Assembly: GCA_964016885.1 (NCBI GenBank)
Contig: OZ024740.1
Coordinates: 111,414,001 to 111,478,000, forward strand
From: Eledone cirrhosa
Taxonomy: Eukaryota
DNA length: 64,000 nucleotides
Direction of reading: 5' to 3'
Positions 41,109 to 54,305 of this stretch are shown here, in pieces; position 1 is the first letter of the stretch, and every line of letters starts with the position of its first letter. The notes beneath the pieces are model-generated. The model was not told where the DNA came from. It was given only the letters and a program-made list of their open reading frames with translations, and searched no databases. The translations under genes were made by a program, and so were the position numbers.

Positions 41109-44100
41109 GATTTGGGTGTGTGAATGTACGCGGCATGGGTATGCCCTGGAAACAGGGCAAACTCTTAAACGACCTCAGGTCGCACAGTATGGATGTAGTA
41201 AACATTTGCGAGTCCAGGATCCACAGCGAGCGACAGCTGGCCCCCATCTTCGATGACTTTGAGATCTACACATCTCTCTGTCAGCCGGGGGGTTGCCGTT
41301 TTGCTGCAGCAACACCTGGGCCTCGTAACACAGACGGTACATCTGGACCCGGAGGGTCCAATGGTGGTCCTAGACGTTGACGGTAGTGAAGGTGGAGCCT
41401 TCAGGCTGGTGGCCGCATATGCCCCATCCGAGATACCGCGGCCAGACTTCTTCAAACGTCTAGAGACTTTTCTGGGAACGTCCCGCTCCTTGCTTTTAGT
41501 GGGGGACTGGAATGGAATCTTAGATGCACGTTGGGACTATGTGGGAGCATGTCCCGATAAAGGGGGGTGTAACATCCTCAAACAGTTAATCGGCCTATTT
41601 GACATGGCCGATAGATATCGAATAGATTTTCCGACTGTGCCACTGTGGACGTGGACTAATTGTAGCGGAACATCTAGATCGTACCTAGAGAGGGTTCTTG
41701 TTAGAAATAAGGATAGGGACATGTTAAGCTGTCCACAAATGTTCATGGTTGCCTATTCAGATCACAAACTAGTGACCTGCATGGTCAACATTGATAGAAC
41801 CCATAGACACGCTACTGGAAGTGAACTTGTCGTTACCGACATGCAAAGCCTACAGTAGACGGATTAGCACTTTAGTTAAACAGCACTTGACAGGGGCCAT
41901 TGTCAACAGCAGATGGTGGTACTCTCTCAAGAGGGCAGTTAGATTAGACTCGTTACTTTTTAGTAAAGTATTAGCGTTAGATAGAAATAGAACCGAGAAA
42001 GAACTAAGAGGCAATTAGAAGTGGCAACGTGGCCAGCGTGCTAGCAACGAGTACGGCCTTGGACCAGTTCTTCGACGCAAACAATGAGGGCTGCGTTGTC
42101 AGAAGCAAAATACGTGCTCTGGGAAACGAGGAAGCCAAAGCTGTTAGCTGGGCCCGAGTGACGGAGGCAAAAAGTGGCAACAAGTCCACGATTCGGTCTT
42201 TGAAGGACCAAAACGGACGCGTGATACGTGAGCCGAAGCAGATGTGTGCGGCCTTTCAGCGGCACTTTGCTCAGCTGTTCGGGCAGGGCGGCACGCCGGG
42301 AGGGGCTATGGATTTCGGTCCATACCTCGACGGCCTACCGCGACTCTCGGACAGCGAGGCAAAGTTCTGCGAAAAGCCGATTTCAGCCGCTGAGATAGGG
42401 GACGCGTTGACTCAATGCGGCAAACGCAAATCTCCAGGTGTCGACGGTCTACCCTACGAATTTTACGTAGCAATGCCGGACTTATTCTCCGGTCTCCTGG
42501 AAGCGGTCTACTGCAACTGGCAACAGGACGGGAGAATTCCCAGTTCGCGACCGGGGCGTAGTCACACCAGTCAGGAAGGACAAGAATAGGAGGGATGACA
42601 TAGGCAACTTCCGGCCCATAACTCTGCTAAACACAGAGTTGCAGATTTTGGCCAAAGTGTTGGCAAAGAGGCTGGCGCTTGTCATCGAGAACCTGGTGGC
42701 AGAAGCGCAGACATGCGCAATCCCGACCAGGTCCATACACGACAAGCTCCACCTCATACGATACATCATAGAGAGGGTAGGGTGTAAACCCGGCTTCGGT
42801 GGAGCCCTGATCAACTTGGATCAGTCTAAGGCTTTCGATAGGGTTGACCATCATTATCTGGATGCGGTGCTCGAGGCGGCAGGCTTCGAACCCGTATTCA
42901 GGGGCTGGATTGCTGCAATGCATAACAGCAACATCTGCTCAAGGGTTAAGGTGAACGGCTACATCTCGTAGCCGTTCCATATCACGCGATCCATTCGACA
43001 GGGATGCCCTCTCTCCTCCCTTCTGTACGTATTGACTCTCGAACCACTACTGCGGAAGTTGGAGCTATTGCAGGGCATCCCTCTGGAACCGGGACTGCGG
43101 AAAGCGGCGTCGGCCTACGCCGACGACATGACAGTGGTGGTGTCGAGCGCCTCGCATATCGAGGAAGTCGGCACCTTACTGAAGGAATACGAAAGGTTCA
43201 CAGGAGCGAAGCTGAACCGGGACAAGTCCATCGGTTTGCAACTCGGATCGTGGAGAGGCAAACCGATGTCTTCCGATGGCGTCGTCGGACGCTGGACGGA
43301 AGGACCAGTAAAGCTGCTCGGGGTCTGGTCTGGTCCGGACCTCCAGGTGGAGAAGAGCTGGAACGAGGTGTCGGCCAAGGTGTTTGCACTCACCCAGAAG
43401 TGGGCCGAGTGCAAACTATCCTTGAAAGGTCGAGCGGAGGTGGCGAACACTTTTATAGCGTCCGCCATCTACTACTGCTTGACCGTCGTGCCTTGTCCAG
43501 CTAAAACGCTCGCCAAAATGGAGCGCGCGCTCTTCCAATTCCTTTGGAAGAGGCGGGGTCCTTTGGTGAGAAGATCCATCTGCTGCCAACACCCTTCTAA
43601 CGGAGGGCTGGGGATGCCGTGGCTGACGATGCGCAAACACGCGCTCAGGCTGCGGCATCTCTACGTATTCCTCACCGGACAACATGTGTGGGCCCCGTTC
43701 GTGAGGCGAGCCTTCCCACGACTCGTCTCGCTAACCGAGCTGCAGCCCTGGGTCAAGCAAAGACCGAGGAAAATGGCCGACTGGCACATCGAATGTGCTC
43801 AGGCGCTCACAGCCCTCTGGCAGGCGGACCCGGCGATCAGTGGAGACTCCACTTCGTCATTCTATAGATGGTTGATTCACAGCAAGTGCGACGACGTGCT
43901 CGGTAAATCTGGGCGTAGAGGAAGACGAACTGGCCAGTCTGTTCGGTAGGACCTTCCGCCCGAGACCGATGGAGCTCTACCAGTTCGAGACAAGCTCTAC
44001 AGACATGGGCGCCCGGGCAGGGACCCTGCAAAAAAGATCTGTCCGAGGTGCGTGCGAGACGAAGAAACCGTCGCGCACGCATTCATACACTGCCCGGGCG

Positions 44101-44456
44101 TCACTGACCTGTGGGGCTATGTAGAACGACTATTGTCGCGGGTGGGACCGATCCAGTTGACCACCGAGTCCATTGTCATTATCAAACCGCCACCCTCCTT
44201 CAAAAACGAAGGAGAGGCGGTTTTCCTTTGTGTGATAGATATGGCGAAAGAGGTTGTATGGTGGACAAGGTTGAAAGGGCTGAGGTCAGACACCTTTCTC
44301 TCCGGCCAACAACTGATTCTTTTTTTCAAATACAACTTTGGAAGAAGAATCAGGATGGAGAGAGAGGTGCTGTACCCCAGCAAGTTTTATGAAATGTGGG
44401 TGAAAGTGGCGAGAATGGCCCGAGTGAATGGGCCTTCTCTCTATATCAGCCTGTAG
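41096..44456 (+). pseudogene. LINE ORF2 (APE endonuclease - reverse transcriptase - CCHC), several frameshifts
   Basis: MANIRFGCVNVRG, GDWN, SDH, KSPGVDGLPYEFY, LDQSKAFDRVDH, RQGCPLS, YADD, GGLG, CPRC..EETVAHAFIHC. Confidence 0.92.
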
Positions 44457-44699
44457 GTTGAGGAAAAATAGGAGGAGAGGAAAGGAGTACAAACTCTTCG
44501 TACTCCTGGAGATGAGGGTTACACATTTTTTTCGGGGGTATGTGTTACCCATATGAAATGTCTCCCCCTATTGGGGAAAATCGACTAATTTTTAAATTAC
44601 ATTTGTGATAATATTTTACACGTTTTTATTGTATGTAAACTTCCCCCTTTGTACTTGTCCCCTTCTTTTGTGCCCCTGTGGCTAATAAAGAAACATATC

Positions 44700-46610
44700 T
44701 ATGTGGTGATGGTAGTGTTGATAGTAGTATTGTCAATAGTGGTGGTTGTTGTTGTTTCTAGTAGCATTGGGATGATAGACGAAAAGGGAGAAGAGATAAT
44801 GGTGGTAGTAGTTGTGATGTTGTTGGGGTTCATAACTGGTCTTGATGATGGTGAAAGTGTGGGGAAATTATACATACTAATGAATGGAAACAGCCAGATT
44901 GATTTCAATGTCTGTACAATGTTTAAGTGGTGTGTGTATAGAGAGAACGCGGGAAGATAGGGTTAGTGGGTGCGATGTTCTTGTTGTCGTTGATAGCAGT
45001 ATTATTGTTGTGATAGTGGTTGTGGTGAAGCCATGGTTGTGTTGGTGGTGGTGATGGTGGTCATGGTGACAGTAGTGAGTGAAAAGTGATGTGGGAGGGT
45101 AGATGAGAATAGACAGGGAAGATCATGGAAAACGAATGTAGAAGGAAGAAGAAAGTGGGGGAGAGGAACAGTTGAGAGAAGATGAAAGATGACGTGAAAT
45201 TAGGATTGACGGCTAGGGGAGGAGGGAGAAGATAATGTTGGCGTAGGGAATAGAAACGGAAGGAAAAAGATGGGGTATGTCTGGTTGTCTGTGTTTCCGC
45301 TCTCCGACCCTGTAACTCTTCTGCTGTGTTCTAAACTGTTGATCCAAATGTATTCCAGCGGATGCCACCACCATCGCCTCCACCACTACAATAACCACCA
45401 CCAACACCACTCCTACCACAAGCTACCTGTCATCCGCATCATCATCACCACCACTGCTACAACAGCAACTACTCGTCCATCATCCCAAGCCTCACCACTA
45501 CAAATACAACAGCTACACCAACCATCAATATAAGTCATACCTCACCTAACAGAACTATCACTAACCACCCCTCATCCACCGCCACTACCACCAATTAAGA
45601 ACACTACCACTATATTCATTGTTACCGCTCTTCCTAAAAACGCAATCATTAATACTAAAAGCCATCATTTTCCACCTCATTACTACGTAGCACCACCTCC
45701 ACTATCACTCCAACCGTCATGGCTGTAACCAATGTTACTACCAGTACCCGAGCGACAATATACACAAATGTAACTAATACCATTGCTACTACTACTAACA
45801 CCACTACCTCCACTACCACCATCAATACCACCGCTAGTAAAACCACCACCAATACCATCACCTTGCTAACGCCAACACCACAACCAATAACATCACTAAC
45901 ATTATTACCAAAACCGCAACCAACACCACCACCTATCCCACCAATGACTCATGTGTTCCTAGATGCATGGCTTGTGTAAAGTTGTCTGTGTAGGCGAAAC
46001 CCTATCTAAACGAGAGACTGTGATTCTGAGACGATTGGATCTCATACAGCTAGCTATACCACGGTCAATATCTGGTTGAAGAAGGAAAGAAGCAGTTTAA
46101 GGGTATAAACCCTTTATCATATTCAATGCCTTGTTAGAGGGCGAAAGTATCTTGATCCTTAAATTTTCCATTATTACTCCTACAACCAAATCTCTTACCT
46201 TTACAAAGTGGAGAATCTCACCTCCATCGGACATAAACTTTTAGACAATCTAAACCAAAGTCTATCATCAAATTCACTTCCAAATTTCATCACCCCCACC
46301 ACCACCATCATCATCATCATAATTATGATGATATTTATCAACAATCTACCAGCTTCCTATGTCATCATCATCAATGTCATCATTTTCTTTAATTTATTAT
46401 CATCAACATACTCATCACCATCATTAAAATCGCCATCATAATCGATTCATAATCTTCACCAATTTTATCATCCTCTGCACCTTCATCATTTTCATCATCA
46501 TCATCATCTTCACTATCATCCCAACAGCTATGATTGTTACGATCAATATTACCAACAACACTGCTAGTACAGGATATGCATTACAACCACCATTATCATC
46601 ATAATTATAT
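44700..46610. repeat. Low-complexity (GGT/ACC/ATC)n region
   Basis: Degenerate trinucleotide repeats producing spurious Val/Thr-rich ORFs. Confidence 0.7.
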
Positions 46611-48232
46611 ATAATATTAATTCGTTTATTTTTAAATCCGTGTTATGTACGTAGCAGTGTTTCTAGTTGTTTATCTTCTGTGGCACAGAAGTGCAGCATT
46701 CATTATTCACTCATATAGTTATAGTCACCTTTTCAGTGGGTTTATTCATACTATCTTCTTTCATTGCACAGTCGAGAACAACTCTCTATACTTGACGCTT
46801 GACTAAATGTAATGTTGTGTTTATGTTTCTATATTACAATTACTTATCGTGTAAATAGTTGTTGGTGCAATACATATATCGTTATATGTTCAGGTCAACT
46901 TTGCTTCTCGTTCTTTCGGGGTCAATAAAGTACCACATCAGGTGTTTGGGGTGATGAGGTTGTAAAAAGTGTCGGATGGGATGCTTTACATTATCTATTC
47001 CCTTTCTGTGTGATCTGAAATCAAATCCTGCCTCATGGGAGTAAAACAATTCATGGCGTTTCTCCCAGAAGCTTCGACCGATAGATGTTTTCAACGTTGG
47101 AAAGACCAATGGAAACATTTTCCTTGGTCCAATCAGTTTGTTTCATTTTCTTTTATACGTGCTTTTACGATGCTCTGTTGTGATTCGGGAAAATATTAAC
47201 GTTTACCTAAGTTCTTGTTACGTTTTACTTCCCATCTAACAGTAAACAAACTGCTAGGTGTTGTTTATTACTAATCCAAACCGGATTGAATATACATGTC
47301 AAAGGCGTTGTCAGAGTGCCTATTCGATCTTTATGAAGATATAGAATATCTATCAATAGGGCGCAAGCAGGTATGAAGGGTTCATACGATCGCGTTGTAA
47401 TCAGGATTTTCTAGCTTGTATTTAGGTGCATGGCATCTTGGAAAAGTACCTTTATCGTAGCCTCGGGTGAACCTAAGCCATGTGAGCAAAATTGTAAAGA
47501 CGAAAACTTTACGGAAGACCGTCCGATAGATTGTACCCGTAATTCAAAGCTCGACTTTTATCATATATTGTGTTACACTCACTCTTAACGAGAATTAGAT
47601 TAAGGATACACGTGTCTGTGGAATACTCAAATATTTACACATTAATTCACAAGCTGGTTATCCAGTTGATCGAAAATATGAATGTTCCTCTTCAAACCCA
47701 ATGATGGATCCTTCTATCAAGTATATCTATCTAAAATGTCCTTCCTTTTTTTTAGATACTGTGATTTCAGGGAATTTACTCAGCTATTGTGAAAGGTCGC
47801 GGCTTTGGGTTAGTGTGTTTGGCTCACAAACGTATAGTCATGAATTTTATTTCCAGTGGTGCATTTTGTTATCGATAAAAACACTTTCTTTCCTGTTACT
47901 CTTGTTCACTTCGCTATATTAGAGCCTTTCCACATGTGTCAATACGAAACTCCTAAAAACTACGCTAATGATGCACGTGCCTGTGGAATGGTTAGTCATT
48001 TGCACGTTGATTTACGAACACACTTCGGCGAAACCGTCGGAGATCCAACACAGTTGCACACATATACAAACGCATACACATATACACACGAACATACACG
48101 TCCGCACGCACGCGCACCCACTGCTATTTCTAGCAATTTCATTCAGTGCATAGAAACCGCCCTAGTATTATACGTACAAACAGTATTGGTAAGATCTCAA
48201 GAAGTACATTCCACTGTCCAGGTTTCAATTCC

Positions 48233-48432
48233 NNNNNNNNNNNNNNNNNNNNNNNNNNNNNNNNNNNNNNNNNNNNNNNNNNNNNNNNNNNNNNNNNNNN
48301 NNNNNNNNNNNNNNNNNNNNNNNNNNNNNNNNNNNNNNNNNNNNNNNNNNNNNNNNNNNNNNNNNNNNNNNNNNNNNNNNNNNNNNNNNNNNNNNNNNNN
48401 NNNNNNNNNNNNNNNNNNNNNNNNNNNNNNNN
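48233..48432. other. Assembly gap (200 N)
   Basis: Run of n. Confidence 1.
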
Positions 48433-48945
48433 TAATGAAATAAGATAATAAGGACGAGACGATTGGTTACTCCTTCATTACGTTTATTGTTTAGTGACGC
48501 GCGTTTCGTCACTGATCAGCTCAAGGTCCGATCTGCATCTATCTGACCCGACTCTGTAATCCGCGGCTCGTCAGAGCCCTTGTGATGTTAATGGAAAAAT
48601 GAATATACATATTTGTATATTCATTTTTCCATTCACATTACAAGGGGTCTGACGAGCCGCGGATTACAGAGTCGGGTCACATCGATGCAGATCGAACCTT
48701 GAGCTAATCAGTGGTGAAACGCGCGTCACCAACCAATAAACGTAATGAAAGAGTAACCAATCGTCCTTGTTATCTTATTTCACTCTAATACACTCTGTCT
48801 AGCTCTACACCTCGACAATAAAGTGAACCTAAACATTGAGTGCTCGCTCGGGTGAACCTACAGTATATTTGATATATACTCTACACCTCGACAATAAAGT
48901 GAACCTAAACATTGAGTGCTCGCTCGGGTGAACCTACAGTATATT

Positions 48946-48989
<44 letters not shown>

Positions 48990-49033
48990 TTATCCAGCCC
49001 TCTTTGGATCTTAGTCTTCAAAATTATTATTAT

Positions 49034-49040
<7 letters not shown>
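48433..49040. mobile_element. Fold-back HHR element (D-related tail)
   Basis: Arms 48437-48609 / 48614-48782; 76-bp tandem duplication at about 48803-48950; tail shared with 2438-2470. Confidence 0.75.
48646..48730 (+). ncRNA. Type I hammerhead ribozyme with about 50-nt stem II insertion
   Basis: ggt-CTGACGA-GCCGC...GTGGT-GAAAC GCGC GTC-acc; mirror copy at 48493-48577 (-). Confidence 0.8.
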
Positions 49041-49120
<80 letters not shown>

Positions 49121-49121
49121 A

Positions 49122-49164
<43 letters not shown>

Positions 49165-49195
49165 CGTGTGTGTGTGTGTGTGTGTGTGTATGTGA

Positions 49196-49269
<74 letters not shown>

Positions 49270-50167
49270 TATGCATACATACGTCATTACTAGAAGAGTG
49301 TAATGAAAAACTATAATCCTTCACAGAATAACGTTTCGATGGACATTTTAAGCCGACAAAACTGTTACTGTTGCTGTTGCTTCCATTGATGTTTCTCTTA
49401 CTGATCACCATGATGGTGATTAAAATGGAGAGAAAGATGGTGATGCTTTTGCAGATGATGATGATGATGATCAAGTCAGGAATGATAACGATGATGTGCA
49501 TATCCGTTAGATGATCGGGGAGGCGAGGATGAAATTTCTAGCAGGAAATGATGATGATAATAATGTTGACGATGTTGAAAACGACGATGGCAATTGGCAA
49601 TGGTGATGATGATGCTTGTTGTATTGTATCCACTTTGTAGGCTTAACACCATCTTTTACTTGCCCCCGTACGTCACCGCCTTCACCGTCGTCCTCGTCGA
49701 TGTAGTTGTGTTAGTATTGGCAGCCATTTTTCTTGGCGTGTTTGCCATATTCAGATTTTTACGACCGTAAAGCGTCATGTCTGCTCGGGGTCGTCTGGTC
49801 ATAAACTGCAGATGATAGAGAGGTACATAAGTTTTCTGTCTTCGTGTACGCAGCTATCAAATTATTGCCTCTATATGGCACTCAAGTTGCAGCCAGTTTA
49901 TTTTTTCCTTTAATCTGCTTGTTGCACGCTATAACTACAATTCTTTACTGCTGGCTGTTGTTGGTGGAGGTGATGGTAAGGGTGGCTTTGGAGGTTTTAG
50001 TAGTCGTAGTCTTGCGGTTCGTTAGTATTCGTGGTTATGATGCTAAAATTGGAATGGAAAAATAAGGAAATAACAACTACTACTATTAAAAGAAGAAAAT
50101 ATGGAAAAGGAAGAACGACTAAAACTTGTCTTTAAACTGATAATTTTATCATATTAGGGAAATGAAA

Positions 50168-50220
<53 letters not shown>

Positions 50221-50224
<4 letters not shown>

Positions 50225-51029
50225 AAAGACATATATTGAGTTAGAAACTCAAAATACTCTCTTACAATTAATTAGTTCTAAGAAAGAGATTTTTCCGACC
50301 CGTATAATATAACTGAACAAAAAAGAAAAACGTAAGGGACCAGATTCGCTAAGGTAAAGAGAATACTAACTAAAGACAATCGGGTTTGCCAGACTCAATT
50401 TAAGAATAAATCAAGAAAATAAATACAAACCATAATTGTGGTAACTACCAATCACCCGGGCAGTTTTGATAATACTGTTTCGCAATATTAATTGTGAAGA
50501 GGTATACCAAAATCCTTGCTCATCAGAGGGTGAAGAATTATTAGTATCCTGGTCACTTCTAAGTATATTATAAAACTGGATAGTGTGCTTATATATAACA
50601 GCGAACATGGTATCAGAAATTATCGTGTCTCGCCGACTCACACCACTAAATATAGCAGCCGGGTTTACTCGACATTTGAATTAGCTCGAGAAATAACGGA
50701 GCCGAACTCAATATATGCCTTTGATATATTCGGCTCCGTTAATTCGTCGTGCTACAGCACACTATCCAGTTTTTTAATATACTTATAAGTGACCAGGATA
50801 CTAATAATTCTTCACCCGCTGATGAGCAAGGATTTTGGTATTCCTCTTCACAATTAATATTGCGAAACAGTATTATCAAAACTGTCCGGGTTATTGGTAG
50901 TTACCACAATTATGGTTTGTATTTATTTTCTTGATTTATTCTTAAATTGAGTCTGGCAAACCCTTTTGTCAGACTCAATTTAAGTTAGTATTCTCTTTAC
51001 ATTAGCGAATCTGATCCCTTACGATTTGA

Positions 51030-51101
<72 letters not shown>

Positions 51102-51130
51102 CTGTGTTCGTTTTTCTTTTTTTTGTTCAG
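50221..51130. mobile_element. Fold-back non-autonomous HHR element
   Basis: Arms at about 50330-50590 and 50755-51025; inner hairpin at about 50695-50740; TA flanks. Confidence 0.8.
50814..50891 (+). ncRNA. Canonical type I hammerhead ribozyme
   Basis: acccg-CTGATGA-GCAA...TTGC-GAAAC AGT ATTATCAAA ACT GTC-cgggt; all three stems pair; mirror copy at 50452-50533 has GTC>GCC. Confidence 0.9.
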
Positions 51131-51189
<59 letters not shown>

Positions 51190-51192
<3 letters not shown>

Positions 51193-51848
51193 ATTAGTTA
51201 AGCAAAACAAGACCACACATTTCACAAGGAAGACATTATTAAAAGATTGTCAACATAGATTGACCCATAGGCAGATCTCACACAATGCAGCCTCGACAGA
51301 AGAATACTGCTCGACTATGGCAGACAATAGATATACCCAGGACACCATAGTGAAATACCAATATATGGAACATTACATTCATGTAACATTCTTTCCGTAT
51401 TTTAATTTATATTCCTTTTGAAGTTCCGGTGAGCTGCTCTATTTTTACCTATGTTAATTATTTTCAACTGAACCAGATCAATAATTATCTATAATAATTT
51501 GATCCAGAAATATTGTATGTAGTAGCGAAAAAATTGTAAACGGACATTATTATTATTATTAATATTATTATTATTATTCTCTACATTCCTTACATCAAAC
51601 TAAAATATGTTGACAATCTTTTAATAATGTCTTCCTTGTGAAATTTGTGGTCTTGTTTTGCTTAACTAATGAATATTTCCAGCTCTGTGCAACTAACCTC
51701 TGCATGAACCCAGCCACCTAGCTGCCTTTCACTGCATATTGCACATTGAGCACATGCCTTTACGCTTTGGCTTCTAACTAATTCACCAATCTCTCTTCTC
51801 CTCTCCTATCTCCATCTCTCTCTTTAAGATTGGTTACTCTTGAACTGT
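51190..51848. mobile_element. TA-flanked fold-back element
   Basis: About 65-bp inverted arms at 51192-51258 and 51606-51672. Confidence 0.55.
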
Positions 51849-51859
51849 ATATATATATA

Positions 51860-52320
51860 TATCATCATCATCATCATCATCATCATTTTACGTCCGCTTT
51901 TCCCTGCTTGCAAGGGTTGGACGGGGCCTATTCAGCACAGCGTCTCTCCACTTCGTCATCTCCTCGGTGAGTTTCAGCGATCTGAGGTCTGCTCTCGCCA
52001 TCTCCGCCCATGTTTTTTTGTAGTCTACCTCTACTGCGTCTTGGCACTTCTTTACACAGCGCATAACATGTCCATACCATCTCAGCCTTCTCTCCTGCAC
52101 ACCACAACTTATCCCTCTTATACCCAGTTTCTTTCTCAACTCGTCTATGCTTGTTCATTCACGCACATTGACATTGCACATCCAACGGAGCATACTTGCT
52201 TCATTTCTCTCCAGCCGTCGCATATCCTCTGCAGTTGGTGCCCATGTCTCACCATGTAGCATCGCGCATCTCACACAGGCATCATATAACCGTCCTTTCG
52301 TACGCATGGAGAAACCCTTC
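51860..52320 (-). mobile_element. RTE LINE 3' fragment with (GAT)n tail
   Basis: RRLRWYGHVMR...KKTWAE; MLHGETWA motif upstream. Confidence 0.8.
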
Positions 52321-52357
52321 TTTGTATATGTATATGTATATATATCTATCTATCTAT

Positions 52358-53685
52358 CTAAGGCGGGTAAAATTCCCGAGATCCATGGACGAGTTCTCTC
52401 CAGCAGTCTCTGTCCCTCATTATCGCTGCCATGTCCTGCGTCTCCAACAGACCAGTGTCTGTCCTTAGGGCATCAACATACGTTAACCTTGGTCTTCTTC
52501 TTCTAGTGTGTCCATGTAGGGGCTCCCAAAGGAGCACTGAGTGCAATGTCAATTTTGGATGTCGGTGAGCATGTCCAGCTAAACTCAGTCTCCTCTGTGT
52601 CACTTTTGAGCTGACTTTTGTGATGATCCCATACAGCTCTGAGTTTTTCATCCTCAGTGTATACTGATTAATGTTCAGAGCCATCCTCAGCATTCTCGTG
52701 TAGCACCCATTCACCATCTGAGTGAGTTTCTTGGTCAGTGTCCATGTCTCAGACCCATACAGCAGCACAGACTACAGCAATGAAGAGGCGGATTTTCAGG
52801 TCTCTACGAAGGTCCGACCTCCAAACCGATCTCAAGCTGTGGCACACCGCCCAGGCCTTGCTCTTCCTCTCAACTACATCATCTTCCGTATTCCCAATCT
52901 TTGCTCCCAAATACAAGTCCTCAACCAATTCCAGCGGCTTCCCGCCTACATTAGTGATCCCCTCTGGCTTCTCAACATTCTCTACCAGATATTTTGTTTT
53001 AGTCTCATTCATTCTCAGCCCCACACTCATCGACACAGTCTCAACCTCCCGCATCAAATCCTCTGCCTCCTTCACTGTATTTGTCACCAAAACTATGTCG
53101 TCGGCAAATTCAGCATCCGATACCTTTTTCGCCCTAACTCTCCTGCTCTCAGCCGGTGCTACAATAAAGCCAGAGTCCTGGTATTTCTCCAGTGCAAGGC
53201 GCATACAATAGTCCATTACGATGATAAAAAGGTAGGGAGTCAATGTGTCTCCCTGGAGCACTCCAGCCAGTATCTCAAAGAACTCTGTCATGCCATCAGG
53301 TGTAATGACTTGGGCTTTGGTGTTGGTGTAGAGCAGTGATATCAGGTCCACTATCTGTAAGATCTTCATCAGGCAGTAACGGTCCACAGTATCAAAGGCC
53401 TTCCTAAAGTCAATGAACACCCTGACCGCAGGAAGGCACTTTGCTCTAGCTCCCTCTAATATCCTCCTCAGCATCAGGATGTGACTGGTGGTTGATCTAC
53501 CCTCTCTGAAGCCGTTCTGGTTGTCCCTGAGCTTCTTCTCCATCTTAGGCTGGATCCTGTTAAGAATCATCCTGTTGAGGGTCTTTGCCACAAGTGACGT
53601 CAGTGAGATCCCCCGGTAGTTGTTGGTGTTAGAGAGATCTCCCTTCTTTGGCACTAGGACGATGTTACTGATCCTCCACTGATTC
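52358..53685 (-). mobile_element. RTE LINE, 5'-truncated (RT domain to C-terminus)
   Basis: NYRGISLTS, QNGFREGRS, FIDFRKAFD, GVLQGDTL, FADD, LLYGSETWTL; (TAGA)n tail. Confidence 0.92.
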
Positions 53686-53728
53686 GGTATATATATAAAT
53701 ATATAAAACATACATATAAACATATACT

Positions 53729-53824
<96 letters not shown>

Positions 53825-53869
53825 AGAGGTTTAGATATACATAAACTAGACAGAGCCATAGATATAGAT

Positions 53870-54305
53870 ATATATATGTTTTTGGTAACCATTCACGGTG
53901 TGGCTTAATGACAAATTAATTAATTAAATAATCAACAATCAGAGCAATATATAAGAAAGTAAGTCCATAGAATCATTTGATAAAATATATACAGTATTTC
54001 TTCTCCCAATCAGCATAATCAACCACATAAAAAATCAATTAAACGAGGCTATAAGTTTAAAATGTACCTATGAAGAAACAATAGATAAATAAATGATAGC
54101 TATTTTATCCGCGATCCACAGCAACAGCCTCGTTTAATTGATTTTTTATGTGGTTGATTATGCTGCTTGGGAGAAGAAATACTGTATATATTTTATCAAA
54201 TGATTCTATGGACTTACTTTCTTATATATTGCTCTGATTGTTGATTATTTAATTAATTAATTCGTCATTAAGCCACACCGTGAATGGTTGCCAAAAACAT
54301 ATATA
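53870..54305. repeat. TA-flanked fold-back element (about 180-bp arms)
   Basis: 53872-54050 is the reverse complement of 54126-54304. Confidence 0.8.

Larger units (their letters stand above)
39022..44700 (+). mobile_element. Tx1/L1-clade LINE, near full length, inactive
   Basis: ORF1-like region followed by ORF2 with APE, RT and C-terminal CCHC motif; 3'UTR with AATAAA. Confidence 0.9.

Noticed and set aside
44649-46441. Mucin-like or membrane-protein ORFs
   Set aside because: Arise from degenerate trinucleotide low-complexity sequence; no domain or exon support.
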